Shown piece by piece: positions 45,987 to 57,388 of a DNA stretch of 64,000 nucleotides. The notes beneath the pieces were generated by a model that had not been told where the DNA came from, ran no database searches, and worked only from the letters and a program-made list of their open reading frames with translations. Location of the stretch: the sequence record OK040170.1. One strand, 5' to 3'. The translations under genes and the position numbers were made by a program. Position 1 is the stretch's first letter; each line of letters opens with the position of its first letter.

Positions 45987-46361
45987 ATGAGCGTTACATC
46001 TTTGACCAAAGTCCGTTTACCGATTCCATCTTTCTGGCGTCAAAGCGATTTGGAAAAGATCGCAAAAGCTTTGAACAACCGTAGCGTGGTACTGGGTGAA
46101 ACTAACCCTACCTTCCCAGTTAAAGAACCGGGTCGCTTCTACGAAATCAAAAAGCCAACGCATCGCCTGGAAAACTTCCGTGCTACTGACGGACAGTTAA
46201 CCGCAAGTGTTAAGATCATCGACCCTGAAGTGCTGGGTGACATTATCGATGGTCGTTCTTACAATTTCAGTATCCGTCGTAACAATGACGTTTTCGCTAA
46301 AGACGGTAGTACTTGCTCAAGTGCTCCTGGTCTGATCGCGATCGATATCCGTTTTAACTAG
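45987..46361 (+). CDS. degenerate prohead-protease-fold paralog
   Basis: VLGETNP, NFSIRR, LIAID; Ser kept, His lost. Confidence 0.5.
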   Translation: MSVTSLTKVRLPIPSFWRQSDLEKIAKALNNRSVVLGETNPTFPVKEPGRFYEIKKPTHRLENFRATDGQLTASVKIIDPEVLGDIIDGRSYNFSIRRNNDVFAKDGSTCSSAPGLIAIDIRFN

Positions 46362-46408
46362 CCGTTGTGAAGTACGAGTAATTCACTGGCAATACCAGGG
46401 AAACCATT

Positions 46409-46702
46409 ATGTCTGAACTTAAACAAATAGAGGAAGCGATGATGAACATGAGCCAAGTAGAAAAGGAAGAAATGTCGGATGCCCTGATCTCCCTTCAGTT
46501 GTGCAACTACAACAACCCGACTAACAACGTCGCGATTAAGAACTGCGCTGCATCTATCCGTGGCCGGGCACTGACTTTACCGGTACGTGATCTGATGCAT
46601 CTGGTTCAGATGTCGCCGCAACCACTGCGTTCAGTTATCAACGCGCTGCAGAAGTACCGTCCAACTGACTTGAAGGAAGGTACGTTGTCAATACACCGTT
46701 AA
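46409..46702 (+). CDS. hypothetical protein
   Basis: 97 aa, AGGGA RBS. Confidence 0.75.
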   Translation: MSELKQIEEAMMNMSQVEKEEMSDALISLQLCNYNNPTNNVAIKNCAASIRGRALTLPVRDLMHLVQMSPQPLRSVINALQKYRPTDLKEGTLSIHR

Positions 46703-46712
46703 CAGGTGGAAC

Positions 46713-47132
46713 ATGGCATTCAACACAACACCAAGGAAACGCGTCCTCGTACTCGGGGACGTACCTATTTATTTCAAGGCGTACGCGAAAGCATACCGTC
46801 TTGATATAAACGACATCGCTAACGCGCTATTACAAGGTGTAGCCTATGTCCTCTCCAACGAATGGGACGCAAACAGCGACCGTGATGAGAACTTCTCTAT
46901 GGCGATTCAAGACTACCTTTATTGGGAGTATGAATTAGCTCAGATAACGGAAGAGGACTTGCAGCACTTAATAGATCGTTGGGAAGAGATCATTCATAGC
47001 GTACTGGTAAACAACCGGTTAGATTGGTTAATTCGGATGGCGGAAAGTAACGGACTTGACGTCGATAGTTGTCGAGATCGTTTCAAAGCTCGCGTCGTCA
47101 AGAATCGATTAGAGATCGAATTCCTGAGGTAA
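46713..47132 (+). CDS. hypothetical protein
   Basis: 139 aa. Confidence 0.7.
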   Translation: MAFNTTPRKRVLVLGDVPIYFKAYAKAYRLDINDIANALLQGVAYVLSNEWDANSDRDENFSMAIQDYLYWEYELAQITEEDLQHLIDRWEEIIHSVLVNNRLDWLIRMAESNGLDVDSCRDRFKARVVKNRLEIEFLR

Positions 47133-47137
47133 GAAAG

Positions 47138-47329
47138 ATGTCCGTAATTTCGATTACCCCTCCGGACTACAGTCCGGTTACGATTTCGGGTCAGGTTGCT
47201 CAAGATAGTCTGCGCGATATCGAAGCACTTGAGGCTAAGTTAGGTATCACACTTCCACGCAAACTTCGTATCACGATGATTGAGAAGTTGATTACCAGCA
47301 AACTTAACAAATGTAATATCACACAGTGA
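47138..47329 (+). CDS. small hypothetical protein
   Basis: GAGGT RBS before ATG 47138. Confidence 0.65.
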   Translation: MSVISITPPDYSPVTISGQVAQDSLRDIEALEAKLGITLPRKLRITMIEKLITSKLNKCNITQ

Positions 47330-47366
47330 GGCGAAAGCCTCACTCCTATTTTCTACAGGAGGATAA

Positions 47367-47654
47367 ATGTCTGTACCTTCAGCTAATGGAACGTCAATGG
47401 ATGAGCTTCGTTGCTTTATGGATGTCCTCATGACTATCGCCATCAGTTACAAAATTCATAACGGTAATCCCGGTAAGGTAATGGCTACCGCGATGTTGGT
47501 ATTGCAGCGTGTCCCTTATGATTATCCTAAGGAAGTTTGCAAGGCGGTCATTAATGAACCTAAGAACACATTGGCAATTGTTAATACGATTACCATGTCT
47601 CACTTCAAACGACCAATAATCATCCCAAGCCCGGCTGATCTTAAGCGCGGGTAA
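47367..47654 (+). CDS. hypothetical protein
   Basis: AGGAGG RBS. Confidence 0.7.
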   Translation: MSVPSANGTSMDELRCFMDVLMTIAISYKIHNGNPGKVMATAMLVLQRVPYDYPKEVCKAVINEPKNTLAIVNTITMSHFKRPIIIPSPADLKRG

Positions 47655-47703
47655 AAATACGTACAGAGGGGTTCTGATGAACCTCTCTTTATTTTTTGTT
47701 TAG

Positions 47704-49698
<1,995 letters not shown>

Positions 49699-49803
49699 AA
49701 CGATTAATTAAAGGCTGCCTCTTCGGAGGCGCCTTCCTTTTTGTTGCTGGCTTTTCTTTTTTGTTCGGATTATGGTTTACGTTTATAAACATCTGAGGTC
49801 AAA

Positions 49804-50082
49804 ATGCCATACGTAAATTTACCTGAGGGGGAGTTAACTAAAGACTCCAGTTTAATCATCACCGGGGTAATTTCTAAGGAAATTACCTATCTGCCTTTAG
49901 TCGATATTAAAACTATCGGTAAACCTTATCGTAGCGGGCCAGGTAAATGGGCTCTCTGGGTATTCGAAGTGGAGAAGAAGGACGGTACTTCCATTACTCT
50001 TACTCCTTTAAAGAACTTCGGTGGGACTCGTGAAGAGCTCCATCAAAAGTGCGAGTTAATCAGTTCACTGTTGGGGGAATGA
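49804..50082 (+). CDS. hypothetical protein
   Basis: 92 aa, GAGG RBS. Confidence 0.7.
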   Translation: MPYVNLPEGELTKDSSLIITGVISKEITYLPLVDIKTIGKPYRSGPGKWALWVFEVEKKDGTSITLTPLKNFGGTREELHQKCELISSLLGE

Positions 50083-50083
50083 A

Positions 50084-51016
50084 ATGTACGATTATCCTGT
50101 TAATGATAAAAACGTTGTAGTCTTCTATCACGATAGTTGCATGGACGGCTTCGCAGCCGCTGCGCTGATGTATACTCGCTATCCATTGGCCACGTATCAA
50201 CCAATTAACTACGGCCGTCCTAATACCATGGACGTCGAAGGTAAGGTAGTCTTCTTCGTAGACTTCTGTCCTGACACTGAGTGGACAAGCGCTAACTGGG
50301 AAAAGACCCAGCGTTGCATTCTACTCGATCATCACAAAGACTCTACTGACCGTGCTGGTCATGCGAAAGAGCACGTGCGTCCAGGTGACCACATCGGTTT
50401 CGATATGGCTCACTCAGGTGCAGGCCTGGCATGGGAATACCTCTATCCAAACGAACCAATGCCACCTATGGTTAAATTGGTAGAACTACGTGACCTTTGG
50501 TTACTTACCCCGGACATGCGTAAGTATCATGAGTACTTCGCTACCTTCCTGGCTAAGGGTGAGCCGGATGTTATCTTCCCGCCGTTCGTTGAAATCCTTT
50601 ACACTCAAGACCAAGCCGGTGTAGATGAGATTACTGCGATGGCAGATATCTTGGTCAAGGCACGCGATCAGCAAGTAGAGTGGTTCATGAAGAATGCTAC
50701 TTGGTGGTATCGCGGTCAGGTTATTCGTGGCCCTAAAGGTCAAGTCGATACTACCATCGCCGTTCTGAACTGCCCGCATATCTTCATCTCTGAGGTTGCT
50801 TCTCAGATCATGGAGAAGAACCCGCGTGTCGATCTGGTGATCGGTACAAGTATTAGCGGTAAGGGTATGGGATTCAGCTTCCGTTCTCGTGCTGGTTCCG
50901 GGCTAGCGTCCCATGTAGCTAAGAAGTTCTCTGGTGGCGGCCACCCTGATGCAGCAGGTGGTCGTTGTGCGGGTATTAAGAGTTACGAAGAACTGGTGAA
51001 AGAGGCCTGTGAATGA
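50084..51016 (+). CDS. DHH/DHHA1 family phosphoesterase
   Basis: YHDSCMDG, FVDF, LDHH, SGAGLAW, GGGHPDAAG motifs. Confidence 0.9.
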   Translation: MYDYPVNDKNVVVFYHDSCMDGFAAAALMYTRYPLATYQPINYGRPNTMDVEGKVVFFVDFCPDTEWTSANWEKTQRCILLDHHKDSTDRAGHAKEHVRPGDHIGFDMAHSGAGLAWEYLYPNEPMPPMVKLVELRDLWLLTPDMRKYHEYFATFLAKGEPDVIFPPFVEILYTQDQAGVDEITAMADILVKARDQQVEWFMKNATWWYRGQVIRGPKGQVDTTIAVLNCPHIFISEVASQIMEKNPRVDLVIGTSISGKGMGFSFRSRAGSGLASHVAKKFSGGGHPDAAGGRCAGIKSYEELVKEACE

Positions 51017-51525
51017 TCGAAGCTCCTGAACTATCTATAGAGCCCTGCGGGGGCTCTAAACAAATGATTCGTTACGCCGGTACGACCATCGTAGTCGACT
51101 TCGATACACTGGCGAACATCTCAATCAATAAACCAAATTCCTTTGGCTATCGTTCTTCGATAGTCTTTATTGACAACACCGGGTTCCAACAAGTCGTCCA
51201 AGTCGAAGGTAACGACTTTGCTCTCTACGAAGAGTTCACTCTCCGTGTTATCGATATCTGGAAAGTTTGGCTACGTAACACTGCTGGCTTTGTTAACGAT
51301 ATTGAACCACCTGTTATGAGATATTATGCTGATAGAAAATTATTGGCTATCAAGTGGGGTGGTAATACAGTTAACGTCTACAAAGATGGACTCGAAACTG
51401 TTAGGCATTTAGGTGACCAATTGGTCATCGATTACGGTAATCGAAAAGTTATCAGGCTGCTGAGTGCTCGAGTGGATCTCCTGGATACAGTTAACAAGGA
51501 GATACAAGGCAGACTGATAGTGTAA
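51013..51525 (+). CDS. hypothetical protein
   Basis: 170 aa, ATGA overlap. Confidence 0.7.
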   Translation: MIEAPELSIEPCGGSKQMIRYAGTTIVVDFDTLANISINKPNSFGYRSSIVFIDNTGFQQVVQVEGNDFALYEEFTLRVIDIWKVWLRNTAGFVNDIEPPVMRYYADRKLLAIKWGGNTVNVYKDGLETVRHLGDQLVIDYGNRKVIRLLSARVDLLDTVNKEIQGRLIV

Positions 51526-51546
51526 TAATCACAGCAGAGTCCTCGT

Positions 51547-51822
51547 ATGCAAAAAGACATCTTTATGGCCCTTAACCAAGATGAGACTTCTTTCATCGTT
51601 AAGGATAAAAACAGTAACACTGTAGTAATGGCAGATAAGATCCTCAGTGTCGGTAATGTCTTCCGTCGTTGTCTGGTAGGATCTTGGTTCCTCGACTTAC
51701 GTTTCACCTCTGGTGAAGCCGTCAGGTTCGTGGCCAATCGTGATCAATTAATCCGCTTGAAGATCGCTTTGATCAGTGCGGTAGAAACTAACGCCCGGCG
51801 TTTACGTCGAAAGACCAACTAA
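51547..51822 (+). CDS. hypothetical protein
   Basis: 91 aa. Confidence 0.65.
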   Translation: MQKDIFMALNQDETSFIVKDKNSNTVVMADKILSVGNVFRRCLVGSWFLDLRFTSGEAVRFVANRDQLIRLKIALISAVETNARRLRRKTN

Positions 51823-51835
51823 GAAAGGAAAGTAA

Positions 51836-52453
51836 ATGGAACAACAGCTCGCTCAAAATATTCCCGGTTACAAATTGTTTATTGTCTGGGATCTGGACGA
51901 TACTGTATTTGATACCGAACATGCTTTAGTTAATTGGATTAACAAAAAGTATAACGCCAACTATGTCTGGGGTAATCGACTGGGTCGTAAAGGTGTTGAA
52001 GGTGAACGCCTGATGGATGCACTGGAAGATGCATTCTTCATGCGCGACGGAGTATTCTGTCCGGGCTGGGAAAAGTTCCCTGAATGGTTACGCTTTATGG
52101 AGTTCGCGTATCCTGAAGTTGGTCACCTCTTCGTTACTCACCGTGGTTACCACAAACGCGGCATGGAGTACACGTTAGAGAACTTCAAGAAACATGACCT
52201 CGTTATGGAAGGTGTCGCTTTGGATCCTGAAGTTCACCCAGATAAAGAAGCCTGGCTGAAAACCCAGACTAACTTACCTTTCCTGTTATTCGACGATCGT
52301 CCTCATTGGACGAACGGCAATGGCGGATCGGATAATGTCATTTTGGTTAATCGTCCGTGGAACTCTGAGCTACAAGGCTATCGTCGTGTTGAGTCTTTCA
52401 AGGATGTTCAGAAGCAAACGGTTGATTTCATTGTTTCTCATTTGGGTTATTAA
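51836..52453 (+). CDS. HAD-family 5'(3')-deoxyribonucleotidase-like protein
   Basis: VWDLDDTVFDT (DxDxT), FVTHRG, K, LLFDDRP motifs. Confidence 0.8.
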   Translation: MEQQLAQNIPGYKLFIVWDLDDTVFDTEHALVNWINKKYNANYVWGNRLGRKGVEGERLMDALEDAFFMRDGVFCPGWEKFPEWLRFMEFAYPEVGHLFVTHRGYHKRGMEYTLENFKKHDLVMEGVALDPEVHPDKEAWLKTQTNLPFLLFDDRPHWTNGNGGSDNVILVNRPWNSELQGYRRVESFKDVQKQTVDFIVSHLGY

Positions 52454-52528
52454 AATAACGGGGTGCGCTGATGCGTACTCCGTTTATTTGTTTATGCACT
52501 CTTTTATTTTTTATTGAGGTATAACCTA

Positions 52529-53200
52529 ATGATGGAATTCGATCGTAACACTGCTAAGGCTCTGCAAGAGTCTCTGAACGCTGCAGGTTTTAACTGTGGC
52601 ACTCCTGACGGTATCTGGGGAAAGAACTCCCAGGCTGCGCTGGAAGCATCTTATAAGCAGTACGATATCGCTTGGTCGGGTAACAAGAACGTCAATGACG
52701 AGTTCGTTACTAAGACTAAGAAAATTGCTAAGGATCTGCAGCAGACAGATGATGGCGGTTGGTTAATGTCTTGCATGGCATTCGAAACTGGCCGTACTTT
52801 CTCCCCTACCATCCAGAATGGAGCAGGAGCCCAGTACTTTGGCCTCGTACAGTTTGGCTCCATGGCGATGCAGGACATCGGTGTCACTAAAGCACAACTG
52901 CTGGCTATGACCGCAGTTCAGCAATTAGACTGCGTCTACAAATACTTCAAACCGTACACCGGTAAGCTCTACGATCTGACTTCATGCTACATGCGTATCT
53001 TGTGGCCGGTTGGTGTTACTAAACCGAACTCTTACGTCATGTGGGATAAAAATATTCCAAGTCAAGCTAAGGCCTACGAGCAAAACCGTGGCCTGGACGT
53101 GGATAAGGACGGTAAGATTACCCGTGCAGAAGTGGGTACTACCATTTGGAAAATCTACGGAGAAGGTCTTCTGATCAAGAACCGTAAGAAGATCGCGTAA
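52529..53200 (+). CDS. modular endolysin (PG-binding domain plus lysozyme/lytic transglycosylase-like domain)
   Basis: LQESLNAAGF..GTPDGIWGKNS PG-binding motif; MAFET catalytic Glu, GLVQF, QQLD; GAGG RBS before ATG 52529. Confidence 0.9.
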   Translation: MMEFDRNTAKALQESLNAAGFNCGTPDGIWGKNSQAALEASYKQYDIAWSGNKNVNDEFVTKTKKIAKDLQQTDDGGWLMSCMAFETGRTFSPTIQNGAGAQYFGLVQFGSMAMQDIGVTKAQLLAMTAVQQLDCVYKYFKPYTGKLYDLTSCYMRILWPVGVTKPNSYVMWDKNIPSQAKAYEQNRGLDVDKDGKITRAEVGTTIWKIYGEGLLIKNRKKIA

Positions 53201-53217
53201 CCTCGTAGGGGTGGCGT

Positions 53218-53340
53218 ATGAATGCAGAGATAGTAGTTACTATTTCCGCAGCTGAGGTCTTAATCACTTCCGTGGTTATCTTGGCTATCCTGGTTGGGAT
53301 ATCGGGAGCAATTGCGTTTGTTAAGTTTGGACCTAAGTAA
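53218..53340 (+). CDS. 40-aa single-TM microprotein after endolysin (not in ORF track)
   Basis: MNAEIVVTISAAEVLITSVVILAILVGISGAIAFVKFGPK; AGGGG RBS. Confidence 0.65.
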   Translation: MNAEIVVTISAAEVLITSVVILAILVGISGAIAFVKFGPK

Positions 53341-53350
53341 TAAAGCAAAC

Positions 53351-53379
53351 ATAGACCAGGGCGTTTTGCCCTGGTCTAT
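53351..53379. terminator. bidirectional terminator
   Basis: atagaccagggc-gtttt-gccctggtctat between convergent genes. Confidence 0.8.
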
Positions 53380-53395
53380 TATCTTATTTTGTCGA

Positions 53396-54265
53396 TTAGA
53401 TACCGACGCCGCCTTTGGACATTTTCTGCATCCACTCAACGTAACCAGTATCAGCAGCAGCCACGTCAGCTTCTGCGGATTGCAGGAAGGCCGGACGGGT
53501 GTTGATGTCAATACCAGTTTGACGAGCGCGATCCAGGAACTGCTGGCCCAGTTTACGAACACCGTCACCTACTTGCTGAATACCCGTGAAGGTAATCGAG
53601 TGGGTTACGGATTCAGGGGTAGCGGTGATGTCACGACTACCTTCGTTACGAGGACCCTGCATTGGCATCATGTTGGTAACCAACCATGCTTCCTGGCAAT
53701 AACGCTGAGATGCATCCGGCTCTACGAAGAGTACGGTGAACGCAGTGTAGTCAGGGTAGCTGGTACCAGGAGTGATGTTGCCTTTGGCGATGATACCTGG
53801 AACGTTACTCTCTGGGTTACCCAGGAAGTAAATGATGTAGCGCTGCCAGAAGTTCAGGACCGGACGACCGATCTTCTCTACCCACTCGAACTGAGGAACA
53901 GAACGAGCGCGGCGAACTTTAGCCAGAGACTGCATCATCTCACCAGAACCACCGAACGGGTTTTCGACGTATTCAACGTCCAACGACTGATCCAGGCCGG
54001 AGATAGAACGCGGGTGCAGTTCGATCAGGGCCTTCAGAGCTGCTTGCCATTTCGCCGGGTCATCCGTGTCCAACATTGCTGCAGGACATTCCAGAAGGAA
54101 TGGGATAACCGGACGGCGGGTGTAGTCAGCTGCACCGTGGTAGTAACGGAAATCAGGAGCGTACCCCATCATGCCTGAGTTAGGCAGGTTGGTTACGGGC
54201 CCGAAGGACCCGTTGACGTACGCTGTGTTGGAAGGGAGAATGGTATTTGGATCTTTCTTAGCCAT
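53396..54265 (-). CDS. tail tube protein (phiKZ gp30-like)
   Basis: 289 aa directly downstream of the sheath; synteny and size match phiKZ-like phages. Confidence 0.8.
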   Translation of the reverse strand: MAKKDPNTILPSNTAYVNGSFGPVTNLPNSGMMGYAPDFRYYHGAADYTRRPVIPFLLECPAAMLDTDDPAKWQAALKALIELHPRSISGLDQSLDVEYVENPFGGSGEMMQSLAKVRRARSVPQFEWVEKIGRPVLNFWQRYIIYFLGNPESNVPGIIAKGNITPGTSYPDYTAFTVLFVEPDASQRYCQEAWLVTNMMPMQGPRNEGSRDITATPESVTHSITFTGIQQVGDGVRKLGQQFLDRARQTGIDINTRPAFLQSAEADVAAADTGYVEWMQKMSKGGVGI

Positions 54266-56336
54266 TCGCTAACTCCTCGGCGGTATAAGCTACGGACGAC
54301 ATGTCCAATACGGTACGCATGTGGTTCGCACCGAAATCAACACGCAACGACCAGCTGTAACCACGTTCACGGTCACCGTCGGTGATCTGAGCATGAGGGA
54401 TATAACGCAGACGGTTATCGAAGGCGTTTGCACCGCGATCTGTTACGATCTTCTCGGTACGTTCCAACAGCTGATCGTCAGACAGTTTACCGTTACCCGA
54501 CAGATCACGCCATGCATCGAAGCCGAATCGGTTGATGTTGGCAACCAGCAGACCAGTCATGGAAGACTTCAGCACAGAACCAGGTTCTGGGTAGAAGCTC
54601 TGCTGACCGGCATAGAACTGGGAGCGGGTGTCGTAGTCTTCCACGTACACCAGACCACTTGCCCACTGACGGCGTTTTACACGCCAGGACTTGTCGAGGT
54701 TGGTCACGTTTTTGACTACTTGAACGATACGGTTCGCACCGTCGTCGATCGCGTTTTCAGATTTCAGTACGCCGTTAGCTGCGCCGGCATAAGAGCACAT
54801 TGCAGCGAAACGGTCCAGGTTCAGCGGAACACGGAACTTGCGAGTAGTACCGGTGTAGTCGCCACACTGACCTACGATCTGACCACGGAATGCCGGGGTA
54901 GCGAAATCGGTAGAATCAGGGAACTGTTGGACACGGGTCAACAGAGACAGAGCGATGGACTCTTCTTCTTCGTTGGTGTTGTCCGGGAGGCTGATATCCT
55001 GTGTACACAAGCTGATCCAGGTATCAGCACGGAAGCCGATAATTGCCGGGATGAGTTGCTTGGTAGCCAGATCGTAACCGGAGTCCCAGAAGGCGTTGAA
55101 TGGATAACGCGCCATGTTGCTCAGGTTGATACCGGTGTTGCTGGTCAGGTTACCCAGGATTTTAGCCACTGCCTTGTTAAAGGAAGCGTTACCCAGAGTA
55201 CCGTCACCACCACCTACCATGTAGAAGGATGCGTTCTCAGAGAGAACAGTACCGCCTTCAGAAACCGGCTGTATTTGCACAGTGTGGTAAGGTACGCCTT
55301 CCACAGTTTGTGCGCCGAACAGGTTGATTTCGTACAGGTCATCCGGGTTGTCAGAGACAGCCGGGTTAGCCGCAGATTCCAGAGCCTGGATTTCTTTCAG
55401 CAGCATGTCTACGTTAGCCTGATACAGATAAGGCTTATCGATTGGAGATTCCAACCAAGTAGACGGGTCGCTATCATTGTAGCGCTCATCGATGCGTTCA
55501 GCGAAATCGTAAACGATCCCAGTTTCACGGTCGATGGTGTCAGTCCCCAGGCTTACCAATACGGAAGATTCCTGAGACAGAGTCTCAAGGATTGCCGGAG
55601 AAGACAGTTCGTTTTCACGAACCAGCATCTGGAAGCGATACAGGAAAGACTTCAGTCGAGCTTGCAGATCGGAATCTGCCGCTTGACGAGATTGGGTAGT
55701 CGGAGCCCAGATGCGCAGTGCGGTGTTTGGACCCAGAGACGATTTGTCACGAGCGATCCAGTCTACCAGCGGCAGCAACTGAGATTTACCCGCGGTGTCG
55801 TCACCCAGGGTACCGTCGGATTTTTCACGGCGGCCGTACATTGTTTGTTGGCTATCTTTGTCAACCGGAATCGCGCCGAAATGGAACGACATCAGGATGC
55901 CAGGGATAGTGGTACCAGTTGCTTGCTTCTGGCCATTGGAGTCCAGAATGTAGCGACCTTCTTCGTCACGTTTGTATTCTGGAAGATCTTTCTTCATCCA
56001 GTCTACAGACAGACCGAGAGTTGCTGGGTCGGGAATATCTTCCGGCTCAACACGCATTGCCAAGAACTGGTTGCCGGCTTTACGCGCTTCGATAACGAAT
56101 GGCGTAGAGTGAGTAGCATAAGGGGAGTTCAGGTCAACAGCTTCGGAACCGAAGATATCTTCGAACTTGTTCGGGTCGATCCACATCGGCGTAGTTGGCC
56201 CTTTCCGCGAGAAGAACGGAATCAGAGGACGGTGCAAAGGGAGCGTGGTTGGTGCCCCAGTGCTACGCTGATAAGATGTGTCCCGAGTACCCCGATAATA
56301 AATATTGGGAGTAGAGCTTGTGATTTGCTCAGACAT
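54258..56336 (-). CDS. tail sheath protein (phiKZ gp29-like)
   Basis: 692 aa; PLHRPLIPFFSRKGP, FWDSGYDLATK, GYSWSLRVDFGANHMRTV; synteny. Confidence 0.88.
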   Translation of the reverse strand: MSEQITSSTPNIYYRGTRDTSYQRSTGAPTTLPLHRPLIPFFSRKGPTTPMWIDPNKFEDIFGSEAVDLNSPYATHSTPFVIEARKAGNQFLAMRVEPEDIPDPATLGLSVDWMKKDLPEYKRDEEGRYILDSNGQKQATGTTIPGILMSFHFGAIPVDKDSQQTMYGRREKSDGTLGDDTAGKSQLLPLVDWIARDKSSLGPNTALRIWAPTTQSRQAADSDLQARLKSFLYRFQMLVRENELSSPAILETLSQESSVLVSLGTDTIDRETGIVYDFAERIDERYNDSDPSTWLESPIDKPYLYQANVDMLLKEIQALESAANPAVSDNPDDLYEINLFGAQTVEGVPYHTVQIQPVSEGGTVLSENASFYMVGGGDGTLGNASFNKAVAKILGNLTSNTGINLSNMARYPFNAFWDSGYDLATKQLIPAIIGFRADTWISLCTQDISLPDNTNEEEESIALSLLTRVQQFPDSTDFATPAFRGQIVGQCGDYTGTTRKFRVPLNLDRFAAMCSYAGAANGVLKSENAIDDGANRIVQVVKNVTNLDKSWRVKRRQWASGLVYVEDYDTRSQFYAGQQSFYPEPGSVLKSSMTGLLVANINRFGFDAWRDLSGNGKLSDDQLLERTEKIVTDRGANAFDNRLRYIPHAQITDGDRERGYSWSLRVDFGANHMRTVLDMSSVAYTAEELANG

Positions 56337-56371
56337 GGTGTTGCTCCGTATACAGAGTGATCTTACGTAAG

Positions 56372-56381
56372 TATGTACATA
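56372..56381. promoter_or_regulatory. palindromic TATGTACATA: back-to-back phiKZ-type late TATG motifs
   Basis: Lies in the 109-bp divergent gap between sheath and structural operons. Confidence 0.55.
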
Positions 56382-56445
56382 TCACGTGTGACATTACGCG
56401 TCATAATAAGCATTTAAGCCTTAGTTAAACATTTGGAGAGTAGAA

Positions 56446-57381
56446 ATGTTCAAACGAACCTACGATACTACCGCAGGAAGTATCCACTACCAGAACACTT
56501 TACCAGGTCGTCTGCTGGTAGCAAAAGCAGAACAAACCCTGACTGCAGATCTGATCCCTGGTATCCCTGACCTTTACTGTCTGGTAGAGAAGTCTGCTCG
56601 TACCGACATGATCCCGACTTTCTTCCACTTGATGAAAGTTTCAGCTTCCGCCAATGAAGCGCCGTTCTACGTTATCGACCTGCGTCCTTATCGTAGCCAA
56701 CTTCGTGACGGTGGCAATGGTCGCCCTATCCTGTCTAACGAAGGTACCGTTGGCCACTTCACTCGCCGTGCTCTGCTGGAAATGCATTGGGACAAATTCG
56801 GCGGTCGTCCTCTGCTGTTCGCTGGGGATGTTCCGGTAGTTATCTTCGCACGTTGGATCGGTGGTCTGCTTCGTAGTCGTTTCAATCTGAACGAAGAAAG
56901 CTCTCCGCGTGTTCAGGTGTTTGCAGCTTACTACTACATGTGCCTGCACTTTAATAAGGAAGACTTCACTGCTGATTCGAACAAAATGCTGGCCGTTCGT
57001 ATCTCACGTGCTCTTCGTCTCCCTGTACAGAAAGTCATCGACTGGGTAGCGCCGCTTCCTTATTTAGCTAACCTGGACGACTTCTGCAACATCGCCCTGG
57101 TCAAGAACAGCGGTACTGTAGCGCTGAGCGGTATTGACCGTCGTGTTCTCTGGGCCATGACCGGTACCGGTTGGTTCGGCTCTGCTGATACTAAAGAAGT
57201 ATTGGCTGTCTCTCTGGAGTTCCCTCCAGCGTTTGTTTCCATGGTTTATACCGGGACTACCGATCGCCTGGCTCGTAAAGCTGCTCTCAGTCAATTGATT
57301 GAGAAAGAAGGCCGCACCCTGGGTGCGCAGGCTTACTGTCAGCGGATCGATGGTCTAATTCGTGAATTGAAAATCGTTTGA
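56446..57381 (+). CDS. virion structural protein (phiKZ gp28 position)
   Basis: 311 aa; synteny. Confidence 0.7.
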   Translation: MFKRTYDTTAGSIHYQNTLPGRLLVAKAEQTLTADLIPGIPDLYCLVEKSARTDMIPTFFHLMKVSASANEAPFYVIDLRPYRSQLRDGGNGRPILSNEGTVGHFTRRALLEMHWDKFGGRPLLFAGDVPVVIFARWIGGLLRSRFNLNEESSPRVQVFAAYYYMCLHFNKEDFTADSNKMLAVRISRALRLPVQKVIDWVAPLPYLANLDDFCNIALVKNSGTVALSGIDRRVLWAMTGTGWFGSADTKEVLAVSLEFPPAFVSMVYTGTTDRLARKAALSQLIEKEGRTLGAQAYCQRIDGLIRELKIV

Positions 57382-57388
57382 TGCTAAG

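Noticed and set aside
53294-54178. 294-aa ORF antisense to the tail tube, and similar antisense ORFs (8601-9374, 31820-32575, 33494-34372)
   Set aside because: Fully overlap well-supported genes on the opposite strand; same shadow effect.
54321-56360. 679-aa plus-strand ORF antisense to the tail sheath
   Set aside because: Shadow frame: highly expressed genes avoid TTA/CTA/TCA codons, so the antisense frame stays open. No RBS, and the composition is not protein-like.
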